Source: Macrostomum lignano
Lineage: Eukaryota
Direction: 5' to 3'
DNA: 64,000 nt
Assembly (NCBI GenBank): GCA_002269645.1
Contig: NIVC01003041.1
Span: 1-64,000 of the forward strand
In this document: positions 60,482 to 64,000 of the stretch, one piece after another
How positions within the stretch are numbered: position 1 is the first letter of the stretch
Layout: each line of letters opens with the position of its first letter
The notes under the pieces: generated by a model
What the model saw: the letters and a program-made list of their open reading frames with translations, nothing else
The model's database searches: none
Told to the model about the DNA's origin: nothing
Position numbers and translations under genes: made by a program

Positions 60482-63049
60482 CCCATCTCTATTCTCTCTA
60501 CTCTCTCCCCTCTTCATTCTCCTATTTCCTCTTCTCTCTCCCTGTCTCTCCTCTCTCCTCTAGTCTCTGTAATCTCTTCTCTCTTATCTCTCCTCTGTTC
60601 TCTCTACTCTCCCATCTCTCGTCTGTTCATCTGCTCTCTCATCTGTCATCTTTACTCTCTTATACGTTCTCTCACTTATCTCCTCTGTACTCTTCTCTTT
60701 CACCTCTTCTGACTCCTCTCTTTCCTTACTCCTTTCTTCTTTTCTCTTCCCTCTTCTCTATACTCTCTCTCCTCTATTATCTTCTCTCGTCTCTCTGCAC
60801 TCTCCTTTCACCTTTTTCTCTCATCTCTTCTTTGATCTGTCTCATCTCTACAATCTCATCTCTTTCCTCTCTCCTCCTCTTCCCTTTACTCTCTCATCTC
60901 TCCTTTCTCCCCTCTTCTTTCACCACTCTCTTATCTCTATCTCTTCTCTTCTCACTCCTCTCTCCCCTCTTATCTCCTCTCTTCTCTATCCTTTCTACTC
61001 TCTCCTCTCTAATCTCTTCTCTCCTCTTGACCCTCTGTCATCTTCTTTCTGCTCTCTCATCTCTATTCTCTTCTCAATCTTCTCTACTCTCCTCTCTCAT
61101 CGATCCTCTGTCTCATCTCTCCCCTCTTCTCACCTTTACTCTTTCCTCTCCTTCCTTTCTCCCCTCCTCTCGCTTCTTCCTCCCTTCTTCTCTGCTCTCT
61201 CCTCGCCACTTTTCCTTTTCACTCTCATCTGGCCCGCAGCCATGAGCTGGATTCTTTATCTGGCCTTTGAGATAAAAATCTGCCAATCCCTGCTTCGAAA
61301 GTACTATCATGGTTGTTATCATTTCTTATGCTTTAATCACGTCATTTTTCTGGCCAATTAGCAGCCCTGAGAGGAATTTGTGTATCTCCATTCTCCAGCT
61401 CCACCACCACAGTCTGCAGCAGTCTAACAACCAAGGAAATACGCATTTCTTAGGAGGCCATTTAAATTTTAAAGTTACCTTATGCGAATCTTAATGTTAA
61501 AATTTTCATGGTGTAACTAATTTAGTAGGATTGCATTGTAATCAGTTATTCATTAATTTTTCGCTATTTTTATAAACCATCCCACATCGCCTTGATTTGC
61601 CATCCTTGTTTAACTGCTGCGACTTGTTTATACAGAGGAAAGTAGTTTGAATCTCTCGCTAAACTCTCTCCTCTCCACGCCTCTCCACTCGCGGGGTACA
61701 GAGACGGCAATTAAAAAGTTATTCCAAAATACTGTACATTCGCTATGTACATTGAGCCCTATCGCCTGACCCTTCGTCTGGGCTGGGGGAATGAGTGAGT
61801 GAGTGGCACAAACAACAGAAAAAGCAGACAAACTTCACATGCTTACAGTTTCTGTTCTGATTGAGTTAGAGAGTTGAAACTTTACATTTAGACAGAGAAT
61901 GAATCAAAGAAGAATTGTGTTAAGTTAGAAGTCAATCGCTTCACGTGGAGCAAACTTATGGCAGCCGAAAGTTAGTCATTTTAAAACCTATTTACACCCT
62001 TTGCCCAGATCGGGAAAGAGGCAGGCGGGCGGAAGTTGGGATGGCTGTCTCACTGAAAAAAACAGCCAAACTTTAAAAGTGCACAGCGCCGTTCAGGATT
62101 AACTTTTAGACTCGAAATTTTACACGATTGTGTCAAAATAGTTGAAAATTGATTGTGTCAAATTTGAAGAGGATCGGTAGAAGTGGAGCGGCGCTAAGGA
62201 GGCTTTAGTAAAAAAATCGCGCATTTTGAGCAGTTTTTTGCACTTTTAGGTGGGAAGACTCAAATTTAGGAAATTAAAAAGTAGCCTAAGACATTCTCCG
62301 TAGTGAGTTTAGGGTGGGTGTAAAATTTGGTGTCATTTGGTTGAGCGGTTTAGGAGTCCATAGCGATCAAAATTGTCCACACACAGACAGACAGACAGAG
62401 TTTTGATTTTTATAGGTAGAGATAATTTTTTATTTCCTATATACTAAAAATGAGTTGTCTGTATTGCTTGCTTGCTTGTAATCGATTAGAGAAAAAATGG
62501 CTGGACCGATTTTGTTTGAACTTGCACTGTTCGATCAGAAATTTTCCCGTGACTGTACATGCATCGTGGCTAAGAAATTGCTCGATGCTAAAGGCATTAA
62601 ATATTCGAAAAACATGCTTTTTTGCAAAGGTCAAGTTTTCGACTTGAAATGCATTGTAAGAATGCTAGAGAAAAAATTGACTGGTTGATTCTGATTCTGA
62701 AATAGATTGCATCATAACTGAATTGTAACTCCGACTTGAATTGAAAATGCAGTGTGGAAGCGTAGCACCAGACTTGATTTAAATTGCGTAACCATATTGT
62801 TAACTGATACTGACTGACTGAGAAACTGATTATGTCATAACTGCTTCGTGTGATTTGCTCGATGCTTGGATTTTAAAGTGTTGAATTATATAAGTGCAAA
62901 ATTTCATGTTATCAAAACGATGAGAGCTAGCCTAGAGGTGAACAGACTGAACTGCTAAATGCAGCGACGATGGTTCGAATTTTCATAGAGTATAATTTTT
63001 TTAATTAAAGCTTTTCAACGTCAGGAAAACTAAAAGACTTTTTAAAAAG

Positions 63050-64000
63050 AAGCGTCATGTAAAAATCATAAAAGCGTCATGTAAAAAATCATAGAAGCGT
63101 CATGTAAACAATCATAGAAGCGTCATGTAAAAAATCGTAAAAGCGTCATATAAAAATCATAGAAGCGTCATTTAAAAACTCATAGAAGCGTCATGTAAAA
63201 AATTATAGAAGCGTCATGTGAACAATCATAAAAGCGTCATGTAAACAATCATAGAAGCGTCATGTAAACAATCATAGAAGCGTCATGTAAACAATCATAG
63301 AAGCGTCATTTAAAAAATCATAGAAGCGTCATGTAAAATCATAGAAGCGTCATTTAAAAATCATAGAAGCGTCATGTAAACAATCATAGAAGCGTCATTT
63401 AAAAATCATAGAAGCGTCATTTAAAAATCATAGAAGCGTAATTTAAAAAATCATAGAAGCGTCATGTAAACAATCATAGAAGCGTCATATAAAAATCATA
63501 GAAGCGTCATGTAAACAATCATAGAAGCGTCATGTAAAAAATCATAGAAGCGTCATGTAAACAATCATAGAAGCGTCATGTAAACAATCATAGAAGCGTC
63601 ATGTAAAAAATCGTAGAAGCGTCATATAAAAATCATAGAAGCATCATTTAAAAAATCATAGAAGCGTCATGTAAAAAATCGTAGAAGCGTCATATAAAAA
63701 TCATAGAAGCGTCATTTAAAAAATCATAGAAGCGTCATGTAAAAAATTATAGAAGCGTCATGTGAACAATCATAAAAGTGTCATGTAAACAATCATAGAA
63801 GCGTCATGTAAACAATCATAGAAGCGTCATGTAAACAATCATAGAAGCGTCATTTAAAAGATCATAGAAGCGTCATGTAAACAATCATAGAAGCGTCATT
63901 TAAAAAATCATAGAAGCGTCATGTAAACAATCATAGAAGCGTAATTTAAAAAATCATAGAAGCGTCATGTAAACAATCATAGAAGCGTCATTTAAAAATC
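63050..64000. repeat. Duplicated 21-bp satellite inside the copy of Helitron-like element 1 (which starts at ~62435)
   Basis: Same unit as 49470-51430, with a shorter internal arrangement. Confidence 0.95.

Larger units (their letters stand above)
57048..64000 (+). repeat. Near-identical second copy of the segment starting at 43466 (offset 13,581-13,582 bp), running to the window end
   Basis: Gene, Merlin fragment, CT tract, Helitron starts and satellite all recur in order, with only scattered substitutions and indels. Confidence 0.96.

Overview
Eukaryotic (metazoan) genomic DNA with very GC-rich exons, AT-rich intergenic DNA, short GT-AG introns and very dense mini/microsatellites. This style suggests a free-living flatworm such as Macrostomum (inference only). 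Genes I could splice by hand: UBXN1 (5' part, minus strand), WDR90, a DH-PH RhoGEF, two convergent secreted inhibitor-cystine-knot (knottin-like) peptide genes, a calmodulin-like EF-hand protein with an Asp-Ala repeat, an intact 8-exon PM20D1, an intronless RING-finger gene, a coiled-coil/CAP-Gly gene, and a hypothetical gene present twice because of a recent ~13.58 kb-offset duplication. Mobile DNA includes a tRNA/CORE-type SINE, nested hAT elements with exact TSDs, a truncated RTE-like LINE, Merlin fragments, a solo LTR, a foldback element and a head-to-tail Helitron-like array that carries satellites. The most interesting signals are the tail-to-tail knottin pair, in which each predicted mature peptide has an unpaired seventh cysteine, and the Helitron-associated gene duplication. 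Several genes carry single-base deletions that could be long-read consensus errors. No database searches were run; family calls rest on recognised motifs.
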